Under the pieces are notes generated by a model. It was not told where the DNA came from. It was given only the letters and a program-made list of their open reading frames with translations, and made no database searches. From assembly GCF_036321535.1 (NCBI RefSeq), contig NC_087437.1, forward strand, positions 111,168,001-111,232,000: a stretch of 64,000 nucleotides of DNA. The letters are read 5' to 3'. The stretch's first letter is position 1; every line of letters starts with the position of its first letter. Positions 11,359 to 23,488 of this stretch are shown in pieces. The position numbers and the translations under genes are program-made. Source of the DNA: Camelus dromedarius (lineage: Eukaryota).

Positions 11359-13929
11359 ACCAGGCATGTCTGCTGAAGTTAGATTGGATAAAAAAGACTG
11401 GCAGGTGGCGAAATGAGCCATGCATAAAGCTCTTTTGTACAAGCCCACTTGTTGAGTGATGGGGAAGACCTGATGGGGCTGTGGTGGGACAGACAGGAGT
11501 GGGTAGACTGGGATGGTATTTGTGGGGAGATGCAATATCGACAATGGGGGCAAAAGGAGGGTCATAGCTCTGGGACATTTTTAAAGTGGACATTTTGAGA
11601 GGAGGCTGATGGCTGACACAAAGGCAGGGAATTTAGAAGGGACAGGCTTAGAGCCCTTAACTCAGAATTCGTACCAAGTGTCAGGAAATATTTGACAAAC
11701 AAATGAGTATAACCTCGTAAGTTTAGGACGTAACAGAGGCCCTGAGTGCAAAGGGATGAGATCCCCTTCTCGATGCAGCACCGAGGATCTGTTGCTTAGC
11801 CAGGAGTTGGATGCCTTTTGTCTTATCCCAGAACTCCATCCTACTACAAATTCTGCCTCTCTATGTGCCCAAGACCTTGAGCATATGCCTTGACCAGGTC
11901 TAAACAAATGGACCAATATGTTTCCTAATGCCCAAAAGAAGTGGTTGATGACAGGTCTGATTTTTGGGAACAGGGTGATCCAGAAAAATGACTGGAGGGA
12001 CCTATGTGCAGTGAGAGTGATTTTTTTTGTTTGTCTGTTTTCTCTTAAATCTCACTAATCCTATTTTGTGCATTCTCAGTATTATAAGGCCAGACTATAT
12101 GACATTAGTTATGTTATGTAGTTTTTGACTCAATGCCAGAGGCATTCGGACCAGGGAGAGGTCTGATTTCATTGAAAAATAGCTTCCAAGCCTGAGTAAC
12201 TTTAGAAGGAAACTTCTACAGCCTCCTCTTTGATTCATCACCCCAGAACTGAACTCTCTTGCCTTTTCTTCTTCCACACTTCTTCATGCTGCTGGCTCAT
12301 CGCCATGGAGATTTTCCTCTAAAATACCTCTAGCACCCTGAGTACGGCACTGCTACGCACTAGGGCAGAGAGAAGGCAATGCAGGTGAGAATGGCAGAGT
12401 TCCTGCTCCCAGGAGTGTGGAGTCTCACGAGAGGATAACACAAGAACAGGATGTTAAAATGGGGCTTGTGTCAGTTTTGACCGAGGCCCCAAGTCAATAG
12501 GTGGCCAGAATAGTCACATTCCAAAGTGAGGTGTGTGGTTTCCCGGGCAGGACCACAAAGGAGGTCGTTGGAAACCAGCTTTGAGGCCCCCAGCTGATCA
12601 CCTAGCTGCAGCCTGTACAAACCATCAGACAGGCTGAGCGAGGGTCTGGAGACTAAAGAGAGCATCTCTCTGAAGAGAAGCAGGCCGTGTGCCGTCAGCT
12701 TTATCCCTCCACGGAGGAAGGGCGTGGTGCTGCCTTCTTTCCACAGTCTCTGAGGAGGCTTCAATGACGCCATTTGGAGAGGTTGTTCGGTGCCCTAGGA
12801 AATTAGGTAACTCAAGGGCCAGAGTCTGATTTGGGCATGTGAACTCTCACAGGCAAGGGGCTGGCTGAGGCCACAGATAGGAGGATCTGTGTGCCTGCAC
12901 TTCTACTGACCACAGTCAAAGATGCAAGTCACGGTGGACCAGAGGTGAACCATGTCAGAGAGAGTCCTGCGGGATTATCCTGGAGAATTCTGAGAGCAGA
13001 AGGAAGCATGAGACATTGATAGGTGACCAGGGACCAAGGGAGAGCTCTTAGGTGACCAACTAGATGGGATGCTTCTGCCTGAGTCAAGGGCACAACAGGT
13101 GGGAAGTATCACCATTTTCTGGGGGAAGGAGGGAGGCTCAGAAAAAGAGTTGGCTTCACACACGCAACATGGCCGGTGGCTGTTTGCCTTGATTCTAACC
13201 ACGGAGAGATCAGAGGCTGCAGTCAGCAAGGCAAGGGAAGAGGCCAGCCAGGAGGAGACCACAACTGACCCAGGGAGGGGCTTCAACTTTAAAATGGAGA
13301 TTTGACCATTATATGGGTTGGATGTTGGGAATGAATTGTCTGAGAGTGAGCAGGGAGCCACAGAGCCCACCTTAGATTTCATCTGGGAGCAGGGAATGAG
13401 CCAGCCCCACAGAGCAGCTTAGACAAGCCCCTTCAGGAGAAAGGAAACATCACTCCTGATTGTACCAGTGGATCCCGCTCATTGGAGGACTAGTTCTATG
13501 AGCACGTGATGATGCTCTAAGACAGAATAACTTGCCCGTCCCTCACTCTCCCAGCACATGCCCGTTGGACACCTGCTATGTGCCGGGCTCTGAGCTGGCT
13601 CCGGGGACCAGCAGAGGACGAAATCAGGCAAGGCCCTGACCCTTCCCAGAGCTGACAGTCTAGTAGGGAGACACTAGACCCCCAAAACAAACTGACACGC
13701 AACGTATTTTAAGAATTTGATGAAGGAAGCAACACACGAGGTGGAGTGGGAAAGAGGAATGGCTTCATGGAAGAGAGATGACTGGGTCAGGTCCTGTAGA
13801 AACCGACAGCCCCGGCTGGGCAGCAATGGTCAGGGAGGCTCTCCAGGCAGAATGACCAGTGTTCCTGCACATGACGGGGAAGAGTGGCCTGGTTCTGTGA
13901 CAGCACAGCGTGTGCAAAAGGCCAAGTGA

Positions 13930-14440
13930 GGGTGGTTCCATTCAGATGAAACAGAATAGAATAGGCCAATCTGTAGGGATAGAAAGTCGGTTACTGGTTG
14001 CCCAGGGTGGAGGGGTGCAGGGCTTCTTTTTGGGGTGATAAGGGTTTCTAAAATTATATTGAGATGATGGTTAGCTTAAATATGCTAAAACCACTGAACT
14101 GTGTATTTTAAATGAGTGAATGGCATGGTATATTAATTATATCTCAAAAAAGCCATTAAAAAGGGAAAATCTAGTCACAGTACAATAAACATAGAATGAT
14201 AGAATCTATAGAGAATTCAGAATCCGGCAACACTAAACAATATGCCCTTTAGGAATGGGTGGCACAACTGTAAATAAATCAAGGGGATGGTTCTGCAATG
14301 GCTGGAGTCAGGAGCGGGAGGATAAGTCGACATATCTGAGTCTTACCGTGAGCGGCAGTTTCACAGGTGTGGTCTTTATAAGAACAATTTGTACATCTCT
14401 TATGAACACTCACAAATGTATGACATGTTTCAAAATAAAG
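13930..14440 (+). mobile_element. Old L1M 3'-end fragments
   Basis: ggttccatt...ggttgcccaggg...ggtatattaattatatctcaa, then a second fragment ending gtatgacatgtttcaaaataaa. Confidence 0.65.
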
Positions 14441-15364
14441 TAAGAAGAAAGGGGAGGAGGAGGCCAGATGAGAGATGGACAGAAAGGCACTTGGGGACTC
14501 ACTGCAAAGGTGAGACGTCTGCACCTAACGCCTGGGAGCCTGTGGAGGCGTCTGAGCAGGCAGCCGAGGGGATGAGAGCGGTGGTTTAGGAAGGGTTGCG
14601 GGCTCTGTACGCAGGACGGGTGGGAGCAGGAAGGGGCCTGAGGTGGGGAGCCCCAGAGGAGTGAGAACAGGGTCTGAGCATGCGCAGTGGGGCCGTGGAG
14701 GGAGCAGGTGCCTTGGGAAGGGTGTGAGGACCACCAACCAGGCAGGGCGTGAGAGTCAAGGATGAAAAATGCCTGGGAGGTGGGCAGAGAGAGTGGGGAA
14801 GGAGGGGCTGAAAGAAAGAGAAGATGAACAGTTTAACTTTAGACATGCACGCAGAAGTATAAGAAAATCTTTATTAGAAAATGAGACAGTTCAGGAGATT
14901 GTAACCATGTAGGTTCCTGGGTAATTGTGGAGTCTGTCCAAGTTCTTTTTCGGCCTGGTTCCTTGAGAAACTGCTCCTCTTTGTAGGTCCATCCTGAGCA
15001 GTATCGTGGTCTGATCTGCAGTCCTCGCTCCCATAGTTTCCCCAGATGCAGAACAAGATGAGCCCTGTCAGCTTCTCCCAGGTTTAGCCTGGGGTCTTGG
15101 CGGTACAGATTCGAGAGGTTGCTTTCTTGCTGGCCAGCTCCAAAAATTCTCCCTGAGTAAGTTTTCAGATTTTCTAACTTCCTTTTGCCCAGAAACCTTA
15201 CCTGGCTAGGCTTGTGAGGAGCAGAGTTGAAGGTCCCAGGAGGGCTAGTGCATGATGAATGAGTGGGAGGAGCAGGTGTGCAGGTGAGTGACAGGGTCAG
15301 GAGCCACAAGCATGACAGCTGAGCCCTGAGACGTAGGCAAGGGCCAGATCGTTTAAGCAGGTTG

Positions 15365-16001
15365 TGAGACAGGATGGAAGGGGACAGGGCACAGCCACTC
15401 AAGGAATGACAGCAATTTAACACCAAAATGGTGGAAGATTCACCTCCTACTTGGCCTTGAGAATTAAGAGGTTTGACTTCTAGTAGACCTTGAGCTTCAT
15501 TATATACTCATTGTAACAGCGGGATCAAATAACATGCCCGCAGGCGCCATGACAGTCCCAAGGCTAACGCCAAAAGGCCAAAGAATGGGTGGTGGCCCAG
15601 TTCCTGGGAATCTCAGCCCCTTCCCCAGGGCAGTTGGAATGGTCCCACCTGTAGATGTGTGAAGCTACTGAGACCATAAAAACTGACAACACCACGCCCA
15701 GTGGCTTTTTTTGCTCCCTCCTCTTTGGAGACAGCCCACACTCTGTCTATGGAGTGTGCACCTACTTTTACTTTAACCTGAGCACCCAGCTCCCACAGCT
15801 CCTTCCTTGCCTTTCTTTTGCCTTACACTCTATGCATTATGTATCTCTCTAAATACATCTACCTTTACTCAACAGTGGCTCACACTTGAATTCTTTTCTG
15901 TGCAAAGTCAAGGACCCACACTTGGTGGGGCACGTTCCAGGGGCTCAACTGGGACCTGGGACACAGACCTCCTCGTACCCCACATCCATTTTCCTGCATC
16001 A
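15365..16001 (+). mobile_element. Solo ERV1-type LTR (copy A)
   Basis: TG...CA ends (tgagacagg...cctgcatca), 4-bp TSD GTTG (15361-15364 / 16002-16005), TATA-like CATAAAAA at 15675; interrupts L2-like sequence. Confidence 0.88.
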
Positions 16002-16166
16002 GTTGGACTTGATCCTTTTCCATAAGGGGGACTGAAGCTATTGAAGGTTTTGAAGCAGGGGCAGTGATAGCTTTGGTTCTCCCTGTGTCTAGTGAGCATT
16101 TACTGCGTGCCAGGAGTTGTTCAGTCTTTTCATATACGTTGTCTCATTTAATCTTTACAGTGGTGC

Positions 16167-16805
16167 TGATGCAGGAAAATGGATGCGGAGCATGAGGAGG
16201 GCCGTGTCCCAGGTCTCGGTTGAGCTCCTGGAACGTGCCCCGCCAAGTGTGGGTCCTTGACTTCACACAGGAAAGAATTCAAGTGTGAGCCACAGCTGAG
16301 TAAAGGTAGATGTATTTAGAGAGATACACACTGCATAGAGTGTAAGGCAAGAGAAAGGCAAGGAAAGAAGTGTGGGAACTGGGTGCTTAGGTTGAAGTGA
16401 AAGTAGGTACACACTCCATAGACAGAGTGCGGGCCATCTCTGGAGGGGAGGGAGCGAAAAAGGGCGGCAAGGCATGGTGTCAGTTTTTATGGTCTCAGTA
16501 ACTTCACACGCCTACAGGTGGGATCATTCCAACTACCCTGGGGAAGGGGCTAGGATTCCCAGGAACTGGGCCACTACCCATTCTTTGGCCTTTTGGCATT
16601 AGCCTTGGGACTGTCATGGTGCCCGTGGGCATGTTATTTATCATGCTGTTACAATGAGCATATAATGAAGCTCAAGGTCTGCTAGAAGTCAAACCTCCCA
16701 ACTTAATCTTCAAGGCCAACTGGGAGTTGAATCTTCCACCATTTTTGTGTTAAATTGCTGTCATTTGTTGAATGGCTGTGCCCTGCCCCCTTTCCTCCTG
16801 TCTCA
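16167..16805 (-). mobile_element. Solo ERV1-type LTR (copy B, same family, inverted)
   Basis: Reverse complement aligns end to end with 15365-16001. Flanks GTGC/GTTC form a 4-bp TSD with one mismatch; interrupts MIR-like sequence. Confidence 0.88.
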
Positions 16806-16826
16806 GTTCTGTGGGGGTAGGTGTCA

Positions 16827-16888
16827 TCCATCCATCCATCCATCCATCCATCCATCCATCCATCCATCCATCCATTCATCCATCCATC
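16827..16888. repeat. (TCCA)n tetranucleotide microsatellite
   Basis: About 15 near-perfect TCCA units. Confidence 0.95.
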
Positions 16889-18520
16889 AAACCATTATTT
16901 AAAACTGAAGACAGCTTCGTGCCAGTCATTCTATTCACATTCTTTGTACAGATGCAATAACTGAAGGATCCTCATTCCTGGAAGATCAAAGCAATTCCTA
17001 AAAGGCCATAATCAAAAAGAGGCTTGGCCAGGATTCAAACCCTGGAAGTCAGACTCCTCTACTGGGTCAGAGTCATTGCTCAGCTGAGCCTCTTCTCCAG
17101 GTGGGGCTGAGGTCCTGGGTGGGTCCTAAAGGCAGCAAGTTCAGCTGGGGTCTTGAAGTATGAAATGACCCTGAGTAAGAGGAGGGGGCCAGCAAGGCCA
17201 CTACAGGATAGGTGAACAGGATGAAAGGTGCATGTGTAGATGAGCTTGGCAGACCTGGTGACCTGTCATTTCTCTGCTTTCTTTCTTGCTAACAGAGTTC
17301 TGATTATTTGTGGTGGGGTGGGGTGGGGTGCACACCAATTTGCCCAGCTCTTTGGGATGAATTGTGATTTGTTTTAAGCCAATCATGGCTAAGCTAATAC
17401 CATTTGCTAGGTACTCACTTTTGCTGCAGCTAGTGAAGGGCCACGTGACCAAGTTGGTTAGTGAGACAGAGGGAAAGTCTGTTGAGGGCTTGTGAAAAAT
17501 ATTCCTGACTCCCCTGATGGAAGGCAAGAGCATCAGCCCTCTCTATCTGGCTGCCTCACTGCATCCTGACTTTGAATGCAGCTGTGAATCCTGGCGCTGT
17601 GGCAGCCATCTTGTGACCATGAAGCCACAGACACAAAGACAAAAAGCCAACAAATGGAGGGTGGCAGAGTGAAGAGTTGGGTTCTTAATGAGCTTGAGCA
17701 GCTAAACTAATGGCAGAAAGGGCTTCCCTCTGGACTTAATATGTGAAAAAATTAATACCCTAGGAGTTTACATTTTTTATTACCTCTAGCTGACTATGTG
17801 CTAACTGCCATGATAAACACAGCGAGGAGAAAACAGGAAGAAGAGGATAACTTATTTGGAGTGTAGGGTGTTGTGTAGGGCATCAGTGGGAATATTGCTT
17901 TGTTTTCTATTTATTTTATGTGTTGTAAGTCTTGAAGTCAATATTTTCTGTTTTTTCCCTTCCCACGTGTACTCTCCTCCCCACCCCCACTTTCCTTTAG
18001 CCTACATTCAGCTTCATGACTATTGGTTTGGAATAAAGAAATTTCTCCTTTGTTGATTCTCATTGTATCTTTTCCAAGCTATCAAAGACACTCCAGGGCA
18101 GAGGGCAGAGACCTAACAGCTTTCATTGTGCTCCGGAGGGCTTTCACAGATGCTTTGTTTATCATTTTGTTTAGTGCCCAGAGGGAGGTTGGTAATTTAG
18201 AAACTTAAAGAAAAAAGACCTCAAGCAGGAAATGTCATAAAGGAATTTGGAGGGGGGAAGAGGGCAGTTGTAAAAATAAAATGACAAACACAATTGAAGT
18301 AAGGGAAAGAAAGAATGAAAGGGAAAGGCTTTTGTAGCACTGGCATTTCAAGGCACTCACCAGTCATCTTCAGTAAAGACTCTATGGCCCCTTCCCCCAC
18401 CCAACACATACTTTTTGTCTAAATCTCAGCAATAGACTGATGTCTCTTCTATCAATGAAGATATAGTTCTGAGATATCTAATTATAAGAGCTTTCCAGGG
18501 CAGACACTGTTAGTTACAAA

Positions 18521-18988
18521 GGAATATTACTCAGCCATAAAAAAGAATGAAATTTTGCTATTTGCAACAATATGGATGGACTTGGAGGGTATTATACTAG
18601 TGAAATAAGTCAGACAGAGAAAGATAAATACTGTATGATATCACTTTTATGTGGAGTCTAAAAAATAAAACAAATAGTGACTATAACAACAACAAAAAAA
18701 CAGACTAGCAGATCTAGAGAACAAACTAGTGGTTACCAGTGGGGAGAAGGAAGAGAGTGGGGGCAAGATAGGGGTAGGAGATTAAGAGGTACAAACTACT
18801 ATGTATAAAATAAATAAGCTACAACGATATATTATACAACACAGGGAATATAGCCAATATTTTATAATAACTTTAAATGGAGTATAACCTATAAAAATTT
18901 TGAATTACTCTGTTGTACACCCGAAACTAATATAATATTGTAAATCAACTGTAACTTAATAAAAAAGAAAAGAAAAAAAGGAAAAAAA
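18521..18988 (+). mobile_element. L1 3' end
   Basis: ggaatattactcagccataaaaaagaatgaa...tgtaaatcaactgt followed by an A-rich tail. Confidence 0.85.
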
Positions 18989-18989
18989 T

Positions 18990-20545
18990 CTGGCAAATTG
19001 AATTCAACAATATGTAAAATAAATAATTTGTCATGACTAAATAGGGTTTGTTCCAGGAATGCAAGGTTGAGTTAGCATATGAACATCAATCAATGTAATT
19101 TATATTAACAAGATAATAATAAAACAAAATAAAGTAAATAATAACTTACATGAACAGAATAAAAAAGAAAAACCATATGATCATCTCAATAAATGCAGAA
19201 AAACATTTAACAAAATGCAGCATTAAATTTTTTTTTTTTGAGTAAAGGTAGATTTACTTAGAGAGATACATACTGCCTAGAGTGTAAGGCAGAAGAAAAG
19301 CAAGGAAGGTGGTGTGGGAGTTGGGTGCTCAGGTTAAAGCAAAAGTAGGTACACGCCCCATAGACAGACTGTGGGCTGTATCCGAAGAGGAGGGAGCCCA
19401 AAAGGGCCCAACATTAATTCTTAATAAAACTCTCTGCAACCTAGAATAGAAGGGAATTCCTTCAAGCTGAGTGGAATGGTGGTTACCAGGGATTGGAGAG
19501 AGGGAAGGAATGGGGAATTATATACACATTAAATTTTTAAAAAATATAAATTTTTGCTCTTTAGAATCTCCTATAAAAGAATGAAAAAGACAACCCACAA
19601 ACAGGGAGACAATGTTTTCAAATCATATATCCGATAAAGGACTTGTATACAGGATATATAAAGAATGCTCAAAATTCAATAATAAGAAAATAAACAATAT
19701 AAGTTTTTAAGTGGGCCAAAAATTTGAGCAGATACTTTACCCAAAAAGATCTATGGATGGCAAATAAACATATGAAAAGATGAACATCTTTAGTCATTAG
19801 GGACAACCAAATTAAAACCACACTGAGAGATTACTACACACCTATTACAGTGGCTAAAATTAAAAAGACTGGCCTGGTCAAGTGTTGATGAACTGCGAAG
19901 CAACTGAAACTCTCATACACCACTGATGTGAATGTGAAATGGTACAACTGCTTTGGAACAGTTTGGCAGTTTCTCACTTAACCAGCCATTCTACTCTTTG
20001 TACTTACCCACTTACCCAAAAGAAATGGATACATATGTCCACACAAAGATTTGGACATGAATATTCATATGAGCTGTATTTGTAATGGTCAAAAACTGGA
20101 AGCAAGTTTTCATTGTTCGAACAATAGAAATATCCATGAACAGTCAAATGTGTCCACATGATGAAATACTACTGCCCAATAAAAAGGAAGGAACTACTGA
20201 ATTGATACATGCAACAACGTGCGTGAATCGCTAAATAATTATGTGAGGGATTGAAGCCAGCCCCCCAAAGTACATACTAAATGATTCTAATTTTCATAAA
20301 ATTCTAAAAAAGCAAATTTACCTATAGTGACAGCTGCCTAATAGTTTGAATAGGGTAGGGAGGAGTGAAAGGGTGGGATTACAAAGAGGCAGAAGGGAAA
20401 TTTTAGAGGTGATGCGTATGTTCACCATCTATTTCTGATTATGGTGGTGGTTTCATGTGTGTCTACACACATGTGTCAACACTTATCAAATTGCACACTT
20501 TAAATATATGTAGTGTACTGTATGTCAATTATACCTTGATAAATT
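18990..20545 (+). mobile_element. Old L1M fragments (ORF2 remnants and 3' UTR), interrupted by the LTR-R retrocopy
   Basis: ccaggaatgcaaggttg, tgatcatctcaataaatgcagaaaaacattt, aattaaaaccaca and tatgtcaattatacct are L1 motifs. Confidence 0.75.
19228..19408 (-). mobile_element. Polyadenylated retrocopy of the R region of the same LTR family
   Basis: Aligns to ~15703-15871 of LTR A. T12 tract at 19228-19239; TSD cagcattaa (19218-19226) / caacattaa (19409-19417); inserted in an old L1 ORF2 fragment. Confidence 0.85.
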
Positions 20546-23141
20546 CCATCTTTAGGAAATAATTATAGATACCATAAAAATGTATTTATAAGGATGTTTA
20601 TTGCAGAAATATTTACAGTAGCATAAAAATTCAGAGGCCAATAAATGTTCAATAATAGGAGGATGTAAATTGTTCTTCTACATTATAAAAATAACACATT
20701 TATATAATATGAGATTTGTGATGGGTTTTTACTGACATGGGGAAAGGCACACAATGTTAATGAACAAAAACAAGATATAAAACCTTGACATATAATCGCA
20801 ATTTAACTATCCTCTCCCCCTCACACCCACTTATAGATAAAATTCCTGAAGAAGATGTACTAAACTTGTCTCTGAGTAGCAATATTATGGATTTTTTTTT
20901 CTATCCTGTTTATTCTTTTACCCCTGTATCTTCCAATTTTTAAAAATAATAACCACAATTAACTTTTTTATCCTGCAAATAACACTTTTTTTTTTTTTTA
21001 AAGACAGTTACCCAGATTGATGAAAATGCTAATTCATTAATCATCAGCTACTAGATGTCTGCTCCTGTCTGGTGCTGGTCTCCTGCTTGTTCCTATGTCC
21101 ACACACTTGTTTGTTGTAGGTTTAGTTTTGGTCACAACTCTTTGTTCCTTCCCTGTAGATAGGGCATGTTGACAGACTCAGCCATGCGACTTGCTGTCAC
21201 TAACGGAATGTGAGCAAACATCACTGAGGCCACCTCAGAGCAGAAGCTTTAGATGCAATTGTGTGGTTTGGCTTGGCCCCTTGTACTCCTGCCCTCTGCA
21301 AGAGAACAGCATGAGCATGGGGCTGTTCCTCCATTCTAGGTCCCAGAGTGAGGAGACCTGTGAAGCAGAACTGAAGTCATACTGCCACCTGGAGCAAAGC
21401 CACTGCTGACCTGCAGTCCTCCTATCACAGAAGCAAGAAATAAAGGTTTGACACTGGAAGCCTCTGAAATTTGGGGGATTGTTTGTTACCCAGCACAAGC
21501 AGATCACTATATGTTGTCTTTTGTAGATTGTAAGCTCTCAGACGGCAGGAACTAAAGGGTAGCATAGCACAGCAGTGTGTGTACTACAAAATCTAGAATC
21601 CATGTCAAGAGACTCTGATGCCTTAAATTCCACATCGTGGGACAGAGATATATGGATGAGGGGTGAGGGCTTATGCATGGTATTGGGGACTGCTTGAAGA
21701 TGCCTCTAAAAGGGGAGAGTGAAAAAGGAAACTCAAAAGAGAAGGAAAAAATAACTTTGAAAGCGAGGTGGTGGGTTGAGAGAAGGGGGTGAGATTGTAG
21801 AGATGGAAGGAAGTGGGTGAAAATGGAGAACAAAAGAGAGACATATAATCAAAAAGTAGTCGAGAAATGTTTCCCCACTCAGCCACCACAGGGATCCTTT
21901 CTGTTCTTAAAAATGGTGTTGGCATCATTTTCCTCAAATGCACCTTTCACCTCATCTTCTCAGCCAGAAAGTGGAAAATGCTCCAGCGTGGGTTTTGATG
22001 AAAGTGTCTGCTATCCTAGAAACTCAGGGTACCACAGGGCCCACATTTTTTCCTATTGCACATGCTTCCTTTTAGTTTCTCTTGTGTACAGTGTTCTTTG
22101 TGGGTAGTTGTGTCTGAATTTTCCTTTTCTCTTAGCCTGCAGATCTCCAATTCAGGTTTTCTCTGTGCACCTCTTCCAGGAAGGAAGCAGCATCCTCATC
22201 TTCATACACAGCACCTGCCTGCCTTGCTTGGCTATCAGGACTGATTATTTGATGTTGAGGGCCCAAGAAACTTCCTTGAACATCGAGATGTAGGTGGCAA
22301 GAATTTAAATTCATATTTAGTAACCAGCTCACTTTTTTTTTTAATACTTAAAGGCTTTTTTTTTTCAAAAGAAAAAAATCTAATTTTGCACAAAAGAAAT
22401 TCACTTAGCATTAATTCACTGGGAATGAAATCGAAAAAAAGGTAAGGATGTTAACCATCCTTTTAAAAAATAATTCAAATTAGAAACACTAATTATAGGA
22501 ACTCCTTTATATAAGATGAAACTCAGTTCTCTGAGGCATGGGGAAGAGGGATGACTGTAAAACACACTCACAGAGAATGAAGTTTCTGATTTATGGGGGA
22601 ATTTGTGTGAATGAGAAGTAAAATTTCCTTTGGGGAAGTACTGGCCCATTCTGCCCCTAATCTGTGTGGGGAGATGAAAGGACATAGCAGGACCAACATT
22701 TAATTCTGGAATCAGGACCTAGGGAACCATCTTGGATGTACAAAATCAGGAAGGAAGGAAGCCAGGATGTTCCAGTGGTCCCTCTGCTCCAGGCCTTCTC
22801 ACAGATCAGGAACACACAGGGAGTGAGTGATAAAGCTGGGGTTTCTAGCTGGGTGTGACTCACCCAAAGCTTTTGCTCCTTTCACTTCACCACGTCTCCC
22901 TGAGGACGGGCGAGGATCCCAGTCATGATCTGAGGGCTGTGCTTTCTGACTCTTTATCAAGGTTTTATCTGCCAATCATCAGATCACAGGGTAAGGCCAA
23001 GATGCTACATAGTGTTTTTCAAACTCTGGGTTGTGTCCCATCATTGGGTCACGAAGTCAAATTTAGAGCATCTCTCCTAGTATTTTTTGAAACAGAACAG
23101 AATAGAAAATAACAGATTGCACCTGGATGCAGCAGAGGGGG

Positions 23142-23488
23142 TGTTATGGGCTGAAATGTGTCCCTCCAAAATGTACACGTTCAAGTCCCAACCCCCAGGA
23201 CCTCCGATGGTGGCTATATTTGGACGTAGGGTCTTTAAAGTGGTAACTGAGTTAAAATGAGGCCATTAGAGTGTGTCCTAATCCAATGCTTATAAGACGG
23301 AGAAGAGGGAAGACCCTCTTGTGTGAGGACCCAGCCATGTACAAGCCAGGAGAGAGGCCTCAGAAGGAAACAACCCTGTCAACATCTTGATCTTAGCTTC
23401 CAGGCTCCAGAACTGTGAGGAAATAAATTGCTGTTTAAAACACTTAGGCTGTGGAACTTTGTTATGGCAGCCCTAGCAAATTAAAACA
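23142..23488 (+). mobile_element. MLT1A/B-like (MaLR) LTR
   Basis: tgttatgggctgaaatgtgtccctccaaaat...tttgttatggcagccctagcaaattaaaaca. Confidence 0.8.

Noticed and set aside
14839..15426. 195-aa minus-strand ORF
   Set aside because: It begins inside the LTR, crosses repeat boundaries, and has no recognisable homology or exon structure.
15365..16805. LTR pair as a single provirus or a DNA transposon with long TIRs
   Set aside because: Proviral LTRs are direct repeats sharing one TSD. These are inverted, each has its own TSD, and the spacer is old host repeat sequence.
16827..16888. Regular repeat array (CRISPR-like?)
   Set aside because: It is a simple TCCA microsatellite without spacers, in mammalian DNA.
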